64,000 bases of DNA from positions 27,845-91,844 of the forward strand of contig CAVSVH010000005.1 in assembly GCA_963731395.1 (NCBI GenBank), read 5' to 3'. The position numbers were made by a program, and so were the translations under genes. This DNA is from an uncultured Solirubrobacteraceae bacterium (GTDB lineage: Bacteria > Actinomycetota > Thermoleophilia > Solirubrobacterales > Solirubrobacteraceae). Position 1 is the first letter of the stretch. The number at the start of each line of letters is the position of its first letter. Positions 49,111-58,318 of the stretch are shown piece by piece. The notes beneath the pieces were generated by a model that was not told where the DNA came from, did no database searches, and saw nothing but the letters and a program-made list of their open reading frames with translations.

Positions 49111-49403
49111 GGGATTCCTCACTAGGTTCCGATTTCAGATCAACGAGGGGGCCCGTCAGGGGACCCACCCTAGGCTCGTCGTTGCCGGCGCCCCCGTGGT
49201 CGACAGCTCTCGGCGGGGTGCCGCGGTGGCGGCGGACTGAGTCGCCGCGAAGATACGAGCCCATCAGTCCTCAACGTTGTTGGCGGAAGAGCTGCTGCGT
49301 TCGCGCCAGATTCGCCGTCGGCCTCGCTCTTGCACGGGCCGGTGGGATCGCGCCCTCATCCAACGCGCGGTGTAGGACATCGCTGGGTCGTTCAATCGCC
49401 GCC

Positions 49404-49538
49404 TCAAATTCGACCCATGAGGATGAGAATGAGGAGCACCAGCGCGACCGCGCCGATGATGCCGCCGACGATCACGACCTTGAGCAAAACGAGGACGATC
49501 GCAATGACAATTAGAACGCCAAGTATTCCTCTGACCAT
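49404..49538 (-). CDS. 44-aa hydrophobic two-helix microprotein
   Basis: GGGAG RBS; MVRGILGVLIVIAIVLVLLKVVIVGGIIGAVALVLLILILMGRI. Confidence 0.65.
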   Translation of the reverse strand: MVRGILGVLIVIAIVLVLLKVVIVGGIIGAVALVLLILILMGRI

Positions 49539-49620
49539 TTGGTCTCCCTTTGGGTAGGTGGGTAACGAAGCCGCGCTTCCCGGAGCCCGGACCGCTACTG
49601 GTAAACGCGGCTGTGATGGC

Positions 49621-49809
49621 CTACAGACCCGGAATGTCGCCACCGAGCTTGGACAGGAGCTCTTGGGGGTTGAGACCGAACTTCTGCAGCAGATCGGCGT
49701 GCTGGTCGGTGTCGACCTGCTCAGGCAGCTCCTGCTTGGCCTGATCGACCTGATCACCTTTGCCCTGCTGCTGGAGCATCTCGAGGATCTTGTCCTTGGG
49801 GATCTGCAT
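49621..49809 (-). CDS. 62-aa conserved hypothetical protein
   Basis: AAGGA RBS; MQIPKDKILEMLQQQG...ELPEQVDTDQHADLLQKFGLNPQELL. Confidence 0.8.
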   Translation of the reverse strand: MQIPKDKILEMLQQQGKGDQVDQAKQELPEQVDTDQHADLLQKFGLNPQELLSKLGGDIPGL

Positions 49810-49901
49810 CGTGTTCCTTTCGTTGGGGTGAGCCGGCCCGGGGTTCGGCGGGTGGTGTTGGCCGCCACCTTCGCGACCCGTGGGCCGGGGTCGGCTGCTG
49901 G

Positions 49902-51089
49902 CTACGCGGTGCGGGCGCGCTTTTTGGGGTTGGGCTCGGAGCGTTCGTCGAGCTGGATTTCGCGTTCGGCGCCGGGGGTTCCTTGGTTGAGCTGCCGGGA
50001 TCGTTCGTGTTCGGCGTTGATCTCGGCGCCGAGGAGGATCGCGACGTTGGTGATCCACATCCACACCAGGAAGATGATGATTGCGCCCAGCGTGCCGTAG
50101 GTCTTGCTGTAGGAGCCGAAGTTCGCGACATAAAACGCAAACCCCGCGGAGGCGATCAGCCAGACGACGACCGCCAGTATCGCGCCGGGGAAGATCGATT
50201 TCAGGCTGCGCAGCCGGGCGTTGGGCGACGCGTAGTACAGCAGCGCGATCATGAACATCACGACGATCACCAGGATCGGCCACTTGGCGATGTTCCACAC
50301 GGTGACCGCGCTGCTGCCAATCCCGATCGCCGAGCCGACCTTGCTTGCCAGCGGACCGGTCAGCACCAAGGCGACCAGCACGAGCGCGAGCAACACCACG
50401 AGCACGAGCGTGACCAGCATCTGCAACGGGCGCAGCTTGATGAACGAGCGGCCCTCCTCGACCTCATAGATCACGTTAGACGCGCGCATGAACGCGCCGA
50501 CATACCCCGATGCTGTCCACAACGCCGACGCGATCCCGACGATGAGCAGGATCCCGGCGGTGCCGCTGCTCTTGGTCAAATCGTCGATCGGACCTTTGAA
50601 CGTTTGCGCCGCCGACGCCGGTCCGATCGAGGTGACCAGCGTGGTCATCTCCTTGGTCACCGTGTGCGGGTCGCCGACAAGTCCGACGATCGCGACCAGC
50701 GCGACCAGCGCGGGGAAGATCGACAGGATCGCGTAGTAGGTCAACGCCGCCGCCGCATCGGTGAGGTTGTCTTCGGAGAACTCGCTCCACGTCCGTTTCG
50801 CTGTCTGCAGCATCGAGCCCTGGCGCGCGTGCGCCGGCCCCTCGGGTCGACGCCCGGAACGCTTCTCCGCAACGCCCCCGCCGCCCGCCGGTTGCGCGTC
50901 ACCGCCGTCACCCTCGGCCACCTCGCCGGCCCTGGCCCCGGCGCCACCAGCGGTGCGCTCGGGAGCGTCTGTCCCGGCGGCCGGGTCAGCCGGCCCGGAC
51001 GGCTGCCGGCTGGCGCCGGCGACCGCTCCCGGCGGGCGCTCTTGCGCGCCGGTCGCTGGCGGTCGCTCGTTAAAGTCAGCGTCACTCAT
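49902..51089 (-). CDS. YihY/BrkB family membrane protein
   Basis: AAALTYYAILSIFP, YSKTYGTLG, ILLGAEINAE. Confidence 0.92.
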   Translation of the reverse strand: MSDADFNERPPATGAQERPPGAVAGASRQPSGPADPAAGTDAPERTAGGAGARAGEVAEGDGGDAQPAGGGGVAEKRSGRRPEGPAHARQGSMLQTAKRTWSEFSEDNLTDAAAALTYYAILSIFPALVALVAIVGLVGDPHTVTKEMTTLVTSIGPASAAQTFKGPIDDLTKSSGTAGILLIVGIASALWTASGYVGAFMRASNVIYEVEEGRSFIKLRPLQMLVTLVLVVLLALVLVALVLTGPLASKVGSAIGIGSSAVTVWNIAKWPILVIVVMFMIALLYYASPNARLRSLKSIFPGAILAVVVWLIASAGFAFYVANFGSYSKTYGTLGAIIIFLVWMWITNVAILLGAEINAEHERSRQLNQGTPGAEREIQLDERSEPNPKKRARTA

Positions 51090-51137
51090 CTCGTTCTCCC
51101 AGGGGGGTGCCCGTTTCGGCGTTTCGGCCGTCCGGGG

Positions 51138-51338
51138 CTAGCGCGGCGTGCTGCCGGCGCGGCGGCCGGTGGTGCGCTGTTGCAGGTCGGCAAGGTCAAG
51201 TTCGCCCCGGAAAAACGCGGTCGCGGCGAAGAACACGCCGGCTCCGAGGAGACAGAGGATCGCGTCGCCAAACCCGAAAGCGATCCAGGCAGCGACGAAC
51301 AAAAAGCCGATCAGGCCGGCAAGCTGTTGGGGGTTCAT
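51138..51338 (-). CDS. Small membrane protein (DUF2273-like)
   Basis: 2 TM plus RGELDL; ATGA overlap; Asp23 context. Confidence 0.7.
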   Translation of the reverse strand: MNPQQLAGLIGFLFVAAWIAFGFGDAILCLLGAGVFFAATAFFRGELDLADLQQRTTGRRAGSTPR

Positions 51339-51940
51339 GCAAGCTCCCTCATGGTTTTGCGGTCATATCCAGTCAGCGTCACGTTGACCGGAAGGGTAGG
51401 TAGGTCATGGCGCTCCAGGTCGGCGCGCACCCGCTCGTGCACGTCACGCAGCGTGGCCGCGCTAGTACCGGCGCGGCGGGCGTTGATCCCGACGCTCAAC
51501 GCCTCGTCACCGAGACGCCCGCTGGCTGACGTCACGTCCGGGTTGGCGCGGGCGGCGATCTCCGCGACGCGCTCGATCGCGCGGGGCTCAACCGTGGTCA
51601 CGCCGCGCTCATTGTCCTCCAGCGTGATGTCACCACGCGCGAGAAACGGTCGCGGCCACGCCTTGAACGCGAGATACAGAAAGACCAGGAACGCGATCAA
51701 CCCCGCAAACCCGGCGATCAACCGCCGCAGCGTCGTGAAATCGCTCGCGGTGAGACCAGCGGCATCGTCATACAGGGTGCGATACGCGCTCAAAGAGTTG
51801 ACGGTGTGCGGCGACACCTTGACCGCCAGCAAGACGACCATCAGCCCATACCACACCAGCACAGCGCCAAGAACGACCGTCAACAACGCCACCACATAGC
51901 CCAGCGCCGGCGTACGCAAGTTGACCCGTTGCCGGATCAC
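51335..51940 (-). CDS. AmaP-like membrane anchor with an Asp23-like C-terminal domain
   Basis: 2 TM, then GVTTVEPRAIERVAE...VNVTLTG. Confidence 0.7.
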   Translation of the reverse strand: MIRQRVNLRTPALGYVVALLTVVLGAVLVWYGLMVVLLAVKVSPHTVNSLSAYRTLYDDAAGLTASDFTTLRRLIAGFAGLIAFLVFLYLAFKAWPRPFLARGDITLEDNERGVTTVEPRAIERVAEIAARANPDVTSASGRLGDEALSVGINARRAGTSAATLRDVHERVRADLERHDLPTLPVNVTLTGYDRKTMRELA

Positions 51941-52536
51941 TGGGTGCGACTCCCCGATGCACCGAGCCGCACCCGCACCCGAGGTTTGAGATGAAACGGC
52001 TCAGAGATCGGCGCCACCGCCTGCTCAACGGCAGCCTTGACCTCCGCTGGATCAGCAGTGCGAGTCCGGGTAGCGTCGACCTTCAGCCGCCCCCGAGTCC
52101 CGCGGCGCGACAACGACAGCCGGGGACGCTTCACGCTCGTCGCCCCACGGGCCGGTTCAGCAAGCGCACGCGCCATGTCCCGCAACGGCTTCGGTCTCGC
52201 CGCGACCGCACCAGTCTGACCATCCCGCTCAAGAATCGCCAACCGCTGCCGGCGGCGCCCAAGCACACCAATCAGCAACAACACCCCGAGCAGCATGGCG
52301 CCCAGCCCGCACAGCAACGCCAGCCCAGCAGTCGACCCCGGTGCCGCGACCCGATCCAAAAACCGGCCGACATGCCGGCGCACACCAGGCAAGTCAAGCA
52401 GCCGGTCCGGTCTCGCCGACCCGAGAGTGATAACCGCGTCAAAACAGAACATCGCCACCCCCAACCCCAACAGCGCCAACACAACCATCCAGACAACCCC
52501 GACCAGCCGCGCCAACGGACCCAGCAGGCTCATCAC
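51937..52536 (-). CDS. DUF6286/AmaP-like membrane protein
   Basis: 2 TM plus basic C-terminal domain; overlapping start/stop junctions on both sides. Confidence 0.65.
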   Translation of the reverse strand: MMSLLGPLARLVGVVWMVVLALLGLGVAMFCFDAVITLGSARPDRLLDLPGVRRHVGRFLDRVAAPGSTAGLALLCGLGAMLLGVLLLIGVLGRRRQRLAILERDGQTGAVAARPKPLRDMARALAEPARGATSVKRPRLSLSRRGTRGRLKVDATRTRTADPAEVKAAVEQAVAPISEPFHLKPRVRVRLGASGSRTQ

Positions 52537-52899
52537 ACCCCCCCCACGACGGCCACCTCGGCGAAATGCACGCTCACACTCCCCAGCTCGATCCTCGCGA
52601 TCCTCGCAGCGGTACTGACCGCGACCCGGACGCGCTCGCCCAATGGCTGCAGGGCAACTAAGCCGGCCACCAGTCGCAACGACACGTCATACCCTCCGGT
52701 CGCCGCCGCGACACAGCTCACTCCGGCGAGGAGCTCGCCATCCGGCGCCTGGGTCACGAACGCTCCCGACGGCCCGGCATCTGTCCCAAGAACCCCAGCC
52801 ACCAGCAGCGCCGCGGTGCGCGCCGCACGGGCCAGTCGGATCCGCTGCGACTCGATTGCCGGCTTGCGGCAGACCCGGAGATTGCAGATTCGTCACCAC
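52533..52899 (-). CDS. Asp23-like protein, apparently frameshifted near 52860
   Basis: The coding-like frame IESQRIRLARAARTAALLVAGV...VSVHFAEV lacks its own early start; the GTG at 52899 is in another frame. Confidence 0.55.
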
Positions 52900-52910
52900 A
52901 GACCGTCCGG

Positions 52911-53411
52911 CTACTGAACGCGTGAGGGCTCGTCCTCAGGCTCCTCGTCGCCGGGGAAGTGCAGATCGTTGACCGTCACGTTGACCTCGGTGACCGCCAG
53001 CCCGGTGATCCCCTCGATCCGACGGGTCACGTTGTCGCGGATCTGCTGGGAAAGCTTCGGGATCGATTCCCCGTACTCCACGACGATCGTCAGATCGACG
53101 GCCGCCTCCTTCTCGCCCACCTCGACCGACACGCCCTGGCTGCGCTGATCCCCGATCCCGACCCGTTGCGCGACCGATCCGACCGCTCGCGCTGTGCCAC
53201 CACCAAGCTCATGCACGCCCCCCACCTCACGCGTCGCGATGCTCGCGACCTTCGTCACCACCGTATCGGCGATCGTTGTCGCGCCCTTCTCCGTCTGCAA
53301 CCCTCCCGGGGTCTCACCGCGACGCGTCAGCCCGCTGCCCTGCGCCGCCGAGGAGCCCGCCGGGGATGCCGTTTCGGCCGCGGACCCGGTTCCTGTCGAT
53401 GCCTCTGCCAT
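52911..53411 (-). CDS. Asp23/Gls24 family envelope stress protein
   Basis: GATTIADTVVTKVA, GVSVEVGEKEAAVDL..VVEYG, EVNVTVNDL. Confidence 0.93.
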   Translation of the reverse strand: MAEASTGTGSAAETASPAGSSAAQGSGLTRRGETPGGLQTEKGATTIADTVVTKVASIATREVGGVHELGGGTARAVGSVAQRVGIGDQRSQGVSVEVGEKEAAVDLTIVVEYGESIPKLSQQIRDNVTRRIEGITGLAVTEVNVTVNDLHFPGDEEPEDEPSRVQ

Positions 53412-53439
53412 CAGCTGCCTCCGCTACTAGATTGATTTC

Positions 53440-53483
53440 AAAGCAGACGGGCGCCTGCCGCCAACCGCGGCGAGGATCCCGTC
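53440..53483 (-). terminator. Hairpin / possible weak terminator between the PRC-barrel and Asp23 genes
   Basis: GACGGG...CCCGTC outer stem with an inner stem, followed by TGCTTT on the minus strand. Confidence 0.4.
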
Positions 53484-53565
53484 TTCTCATCATGTGCCTG
53501 GCGACCCCGAAGATCGCCGGGGAGAAGGCGCCCTAGGGGAGCCTTCGACGGGTCACACCTTCGGA

Positions 53566-54441
53566 CTAACGCCTGGGGCGATCCCGACCCTCGGTCTCGA
53601 CCTCGTCGGTGCCGTCGGTTTCGATTCGCTCCTTGCGGACCTCCTCAGAGACCTCGCGATCCTCGCTGACCGTTTCGGTGCCCATCCGTACCCGCTCCTT
53701 GGCGACCGCCTGCTTGTCAACCACGACCTCGTCCTCGTGCAGCACCACCTCGTGCTCCTCTTCGGATATATCCGGCCCGTCCAGCGCATCGCCGCGGTTG
53801 GCGTCGGTGATCGGCTCGCGCTCGATCCGCACCTCTTCGCGCTGCACCGGAACGGTCTGGGTCACCATCTCGGTGACCACGTACTTACGCAGCCGCGCGC
53901 GACCCGCCTCGCGCTGACGCGTTCCGACCGTCAGCTCCTCCTCAGACCGGGTCATCGCGTCATCTGTCGTCGGGCCGCTCGTGTCATGCCCGACCGACTC
54001 ACGATCCCCCTCAAGCCGATCACCGCCCACACCGCCGGTTTCGCTGCGGCCGGTTTCGCTGCCGACAAAGTCCGCGCTGCGGCCGGTGTCGGGCTGGCCC
54101 TGCGCGGTCGTGGACCCCTCCGTCGTATACGGAACCCCGTAATGCTCAAACAGGCGCCGCTCCTCGGGCTCGGACAGCTCCCCGTCACTCTCGACGCCGG
54201 GCGCGTCCTTGACCTGATCCTTGGTCACATCCGCGCGCACGTCCTCGCCATCCGACGAGGCGCCCGCCAACGGGACAAAGTTCGACTTCGTCCCAAACAA
54301 TCCGCTGGACACCGTCGCCCACTCGGGGTTCCCCGTGCGCTCGTCCTCATAGATCTCGGCGATCTTGCCGATCTTCTCCCCATCACTACCGACCATCGTT
54401 CGTCCCTGCCAGCCATAAGCTTCCGTCGTATCGGCCATCAC
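53566..54441 (-). CDS. PRC-barrel + DUF2382 (YsnF/AvaK-like) stress protein
   Basis: DGEKIGKI...PEWATVSSGLFG; MTRSEEEL.VG...RLRKYVVTE...HEDEVVV.K..V.KERV. Confidence 0.93.
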   Translation of the reverse strand: MMADTTEAYGWQGRTMVGSDGEKIGKIAEIYEDERTGNPEWATVSSGLFGTKSNFVPLAGASSDGEDVRADVTKDQVKDAPGVESDGELSEPEERRLFEHYGVPYTTEGSTTAQGQPDTGRSADFVGSETGRSETGGVGGDRLEGDRESVGHDTSGPTTDDAMTRSEEELTVGTRQREAGRARLRKYVVTEMVTQTVPVQREEVRIEREPITDANRGDALDGPDISEEEHEVVLHEDEVVVDKQAVAKERVRMGTETVSEDREVSEEVRKERIETDGTDEVETEGRDRPRR

Positions 54442-54535
54442 ACACCTCCTCGATGCGCGGGCGCCCGGGCCACGCGATAAATAAGCGATGAGATGAACCC
54501 CGCCGGGCGAGCAGATCCCGGGGTCCTGACTCTGT

Positions 54536-54564
54536 AGACCGAACCCCGGCCGGCTCGGTTACAA
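54536..54564 (-). promoter_or_regulatory. ECF-type promoter facing the stress cluster
   Basis: TTGTAACC-N16-GGTCT. Confidence 0.7.
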
Positions 54565-54616
54565 ACTTTTCCCAGACCCGGCCAGCGATCTCCTCCGCGA
54601 GGACGCAGCACGAAGC

Positions 54617-54645
54617 TTGTAACCACAACGGCGCCCCGCGGGTCT
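54617..54645 (+). promoter_or_regulatory. ECF-type autoregulatory promoter facing the sigma gene
   Basis: TTGTAACC-N16-GGTCT. Confidence 0.7.
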
Positions 54646-54729
54646 TCTAGGGCAGCGCCGGCCCCTTCCGGCGTGAGATTCCGGGAGCTCAGCACGACGC
54701 GATCGCCGTGAGGGCTGCCGGAGCAACCC

Positions 54730-55311
54730 ATGGTCATCCACCGCGCCGACATAGATCAACGACTGATCGAGCAAACGCTCGCCGGTGACCTGCGCGCGTT
54801 CGAGATCCTGGTGGAGCGCCACCGCGAGCTCGTGTTCCGGGTCGCGAGCCGAATCGCCGGCCCCACAGACGCCGAAGACGTCAGCCAGGACGCGTTCCTG
54901 CGCGCATTTCATCGCCTGAACCGGTTTCGCGGAGACGCCTCGTTTCGTACCTGGCTGCTGCAGATCACCCATAACGCCGCCCTGTCTCACCTGGACCGCC
55001 TCAAGCGCCGGCCGACCGGCGAGACCATCGCAGCTGATGACGCTGTCGACCGCGACACCACCCGCCAGCCCGCCACCCAGCTCGAACACCGCGAACGCCA
55101 ACAGCGACTGCAGCAAAAGCTCGGTCTCATTCCGTCTGACTACCGCAGCCTGGTCGTGCTCCGCGACCTCGAAGGACTCAGCTACACCGAGATCGCCGAG
55201 GTGCTCGACCTGCCGTTAGGGACCGTCAAGGGGCGACTGCACCGCGCCCGCGGCGATCTCATTGACGTCCTGCGCAACAACACCTATGACTGGGAGCTAC
55301 CCACCACATGA
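54730..55311 (+). CDS. ECF sigma factor
   Basis: AEDVSQDAFLRAF, FRGDASFRTWL, LRDLEGLSYTEIAEVL..PLGTVKGRLHRAR. Confidence 0.95.
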   Translation: MVIHRADIDQRLIEQTLAGDLRAFEILVERHRELVFRVASRIAGPTDAEDVSQDAFLRAFHRLNRFRGDASFRTWLLQITHNAALSHLDRLKRRPTGETIAADDAVDRDTTRQPATQLEHRERQQRLQQKLGLIPSDYRSLVVLRDLEGLSYTEIAEVLDLPLGTVKGRLHRARGDLIDVLRNNTYDWELPTT

Positions 55312-55535
55312 ACGGCGCCGACGATCCCGAAGAGCTGACCCCGGCTGAACACGCGCTCCGGGAGCAGCTACAAGTGTTGCAAGGCGACCCGCCATCGGCG
55401 ACGCTGACGTCAGGCATCATCCGTGCCGCCCGCTGGCAACGCAGCCTTCGGCGGCCCGTACTCGCGATCGGCTCCGTCGGCGGCGCGATCATCGACGGCA
55501 TCCGGCTGCTGTTCGGCTCCTCCAAGCGCTCATGA
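55308..55535 (+). CDS. Small protein, putative anti-sigma factor
   Basis: ATGA overlaps on both sides; short helical N-domain plus a weakly hydrophobic C-helix. Confidence 0.6.
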   Translation: MNGADDPEELTPAEHALREQLQVLQGDPPSATLTSGIIRAARWQRSLRRPVLAIGSVGGAIIDGIRLLFGSSKRS

Positions 55536-56386
55536 AGATTCTGGCCTCGGCGATCCTCAATCAAGCCGGAAGGCAGCTCGGAGCTTTCCTTCCCCGCTTC
55601 GCCGGCGCGATCGCGCTACTGCTGATCGGCATCCTGGTCGTCTCCCTATTCACGCGGGTGCTGATCAAAGCCATGCAGGCCGCCCACGTCGACGACCTCG
55701 CCGGCCGTGCCGGCGTCAACCACGTTCTCGAACAAGCCGGCCTGGGCCCCTCCCTCGCGGTCGTCGTGGGCCGCGCGATCCGGATCGCGCTGATCATCGT
55801 CGTGGTCTTCGCCGCCCTCTCGCTGCTGGGATTGCAGTTCCTCTCAGACTCGCTCAACAAAGGCATCCAAGAGCTCCCCAAGCTGCTGATCGCCGCCGCG
55901 CTACTGCTCGCCGGGATCGTCATCGCCGGCTACGCCCGCGAGCGCGCGGACCGGCTCAGCACCCAGATGGACCTCCCCGTCCCGCTCGGCCGGCTCGCGC
56001 AGATCACGGTGCTCGCGATCTTCGGAATCATCGCCGCCGCCCAAATCGCCATCTCCACCCTCGTGCTGCTGCTGCTGGTCGGGATTCTCCTCGCCGGCGT
56101 CTCGGCGACCTTCGCGATCGCGTTCGGACTCGGGGGGCGCGACGCCGCCAGCGCCCTCAGCGCCGGACGCTACCTACACCACAGCTACCAGATCGGCCAA
56201 AACATCAGCTTCAGCGACGTGCGCGGCACCATCACCGCCATCGAACCCTCCGCCACCCTGCTCAAGACGACACAAGAAACCCTCATCCGCGTGCCCAACC
56301 AGATCCTCATGCAAACCATCGTCACCATCCACCCCGACCACTCATCGACTCCAGAACCCCCACCAGAAGAACACGACCGCAGCTAG
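55532..56386 (+). CDS. MscS-family / CmpX-like mechanosensitive channel protein
   Basis: FLPRFAGAI and LPKLLIAA TM-helix repeats, AIAFGLGGRD, YQIGQ...RVPN. Confidence 0.88.
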   Translation: MKILASAILNQAGRQLGAFLPRFAGAIALLLIGILVVSLFTRVLIKAMQAAHVDDLAGRAGVNHVLEQAGLGPSLAVVVGRAIRIALIIVVVFAALSLLGLQFLSDSLNKGIQELPKLLIAAALLLAGIVIAGYARERADRLSTQMDLPVPLGRLAQITVLAIFGIIAAAQIAISTLVLLLLVGILLAGVSATFAIAFGLGGRDAASALSAGRYLHHSYQIGQNISFSDVRGTITAIEPSATLLKTTQETLIRVPNQILMQTIVTIHPDHSSTPEPPPEEHDRS

Positions 56387-56399
56387 CTACCCGCGCAGA

Positions 56400-56600
56400 T
56401 CGACCCAATCGCGGGCGAACTTCAGTAACCCAGCCCGCGATCGGCTCCTATACCGGCGGTGATGGGCCGCAGAAGATGACGGCGATAATCGACCTCGACC
56501 GCGGGCCGCGGGAGGTCGAGGTAGCCCGTGACCCGACGAAACCGGTGTCGACTTCGAGCGCTCCGGCTCCGGATCCACCCGCAGCCCATCTCCATACACA
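56400..56600 (-). mobile_element. Highly degraded IS256-like transposase 3' end with terminal sequence
   Basis: With frameshifts reads LRWIGAGALEV.HRFRRVTGYLDLPR, like IS256 C-termini. CTGAAGTTCGCCCGCGATTGGG resembles an IS256 right end as recalled. Confidence 0.45.
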
Positions 56601-56913
56601 CGACCGTCCTGACGTCGGGCGAAGCCCTCAACAACACGACGATCCCCCACTAGGAGAACCGGTCAACAAGGCCGCCATCGTCTCGACGCAGACATGATCC
56701 CCGCGGAGCCCCATCAGCGAAACGGCACATGAGAACCCGCCGAGGGTGCACAACGCCGCACTGGTGGTGGATGCCCGCACCGAGTGCTCGCTCACGCCTG
56801 GACAGAATGGTCACGAGCTACCGGCGGATCTCGCTCCAGGACCATCGCTGCGAGAAGCGCACCGACCGTCGACGGCCGCGCTTGGAGCGTGCGGACCGCT
56901 CTGCCTTGATCCA

Positions 56914-56937
56914 GCTTGGCGGCGTTAATTGGGGGTA
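56914..56937 (+). promoter_or_regulatory. SigB/SigF-like promoter
   Basis: GCTT-N15-GGGTA upstream of 56967. Confidence 0.4.
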
Positions 56938-56966
56938 GCTGAAACTAGTCCACGACAAAGGAGACC

Positions 56967-57239
56967 GTGATGCCGAAGGTGCCGCAGAAGGTGACTGATG
57001 ATTCGATCAAGGTTCGTCAGGTTTCGCACTATCAGTTCAGCTGGGTGGCTGGTGAGCCCCAGGCTGAGGGCGTTTTCACGTTGCAGCTCGTGCTGGATGA
57101 GGGCGCGTGGGAAGAGGTCCTGACCACGACCGCCGAGGATGCCGAGGTGCTACGCGGGCTGCTGGGGCGCGCCGCGACCGTCTACTACGACATCGAGCGG
57201 CGGACGTTGATGTTCGGGACGCTGACGCCCGGCGCCTGA
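56967..57239 (+). CDS. Conserved hypothetical protein (90 aa)
   Basis: AAGGAG RBS; VRQVSHYQFSW...FTLQLVLDEGAWEEVL. Confidence 0.8.
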   Translation: MMPKVPQKVTDDSIKVRQVSHYQFSWVAGEPQAEGVFTLQLVLDEGAWEEVLTTTAEDAEVLRGLLGRAATVYYDIERRTLMFGTLTPGA

Positions 57240-57499
57240 GACCGCGAGATATGGGTCGGCGCCCGCGGCCGCGGGCGCCCTCGCGGCGTCGTCGCGATAA
57301 AGGCACACAGGAGCTCGGAGCGCTGAGCTTGACACCATCCTCCGACGATCTGATAGGTGCACTTCGTCTCGCGAGCGTTCCCGACCGTCGACGAGGCCAT
57401 CAGCTCGTGGAGTTGCCGGCCGACAAAACTCGAAGGATCGTCCTCTGAGGCGCGCCGGCAACGAGTGCACCAGCCCCACTGTCCTCCCTAGGCGGGGGT

Positions 57500-57523
57500 T
57501 CCGGCGGGATCTCTCCCGCCGGA
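57500..57523. repeat. Perfect 10-bp inverted repeat
   Basis: TCCGGCGGGA-TCTC-TCCCGCCGGA. Confidence 0.7.
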
Positions 57524-57629
57524 CGATACCCTCCCCGCACGACAAGCCTGACCACCACCACATCCCGGGAATACTGACCGAACGGGTCTCGACACGACAC
57601 CGACCCGCCAGACGAACGGGACTGCTGGA

Positions 57630-57870
57630 TCAGCGGGGCGCTGCTTGAGGCGCACGAGCGGGCGGTGGCGCAAGCGCTCGGGTATCTGGAGCGCGAGGCG
57701 TGCGTTACCCGCCGCGGACCTGGCGGGCGGAGTCGGTAGCGGGGGAGGGGTTTGTCGCGGCTGGGCACCGGCGTCGGTGTCGCGCGCGGGGGATCCTCAG
57801 TTGCACACCCACGTCTTGGTCGCCAACCTGACCCGCGCGGACGGCCGGTATACGGCGCTGGGTGCAAGAG
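57630..57870 (+). mobile_element. MobF (TrwC-like) relaxase fragment
   Basis: EAHERAVAQALGYLEREA..TRRG, a stop and frameshift, then SRAGDPQLHTHVLVAN (HUH motif). Confidence 0.85.
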
Positions 57871-58318
57871 CAGCAGCGTGGCCGTCCAACCATGACGCCG
57901 GCGAGACTGCCGGTGGTGCGTGAAACCGGTAGCGCCTTGGCCTCGGCGTGAGAGTTCTGCATCGACGCGAGCGTTAGCTGCGAGCTTGCTAACACCGAGG
58001 CGCGGCCTTGGCGTATGTCAGTGGCCGCGGCCGCGGTGGAACCGGTCTGTCCTGCTTCCGCGGGTCTCCTGAGGGGCGCCGCGAGCAATCACAAGCTGGA
58101 GAAGCAGTCGCCCGGCCCCTGCACCCGCAACGGGTCTTTAATGAAAAGCGCTCGTCCCGTCCCGTGCCGGCGCAGCTGCTGCGCGGCGGTGGCACTACTC
58201 AGTTCTTGAGGCCGGGAAACACGCATGCCTTTTTATGCGGGTTTCTTGCAACCTGGTGGCGCAGCGTTCTGTTTTTGACGATGCATTGACGCCTGCTCCG
58301 GGATCTGACTGAGCGTCG

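Noticed and set aside
49983-51899. Long antisense or alternate-frame ORFs (e.g. 49983..51899+, 9830..11395+, 1541..2683-, 55423..56697+)
   Set aside because: Arg/Ala/Pro-rich shadows of real genes, expected in high-GC DNA.
56388-56410. SigB-like GATT-N14-GGGTA on the minus strand, antisense to the MscS-like gene
   Set aside because: Coincides with the putative IS end; a short motif likely to occur by chance.
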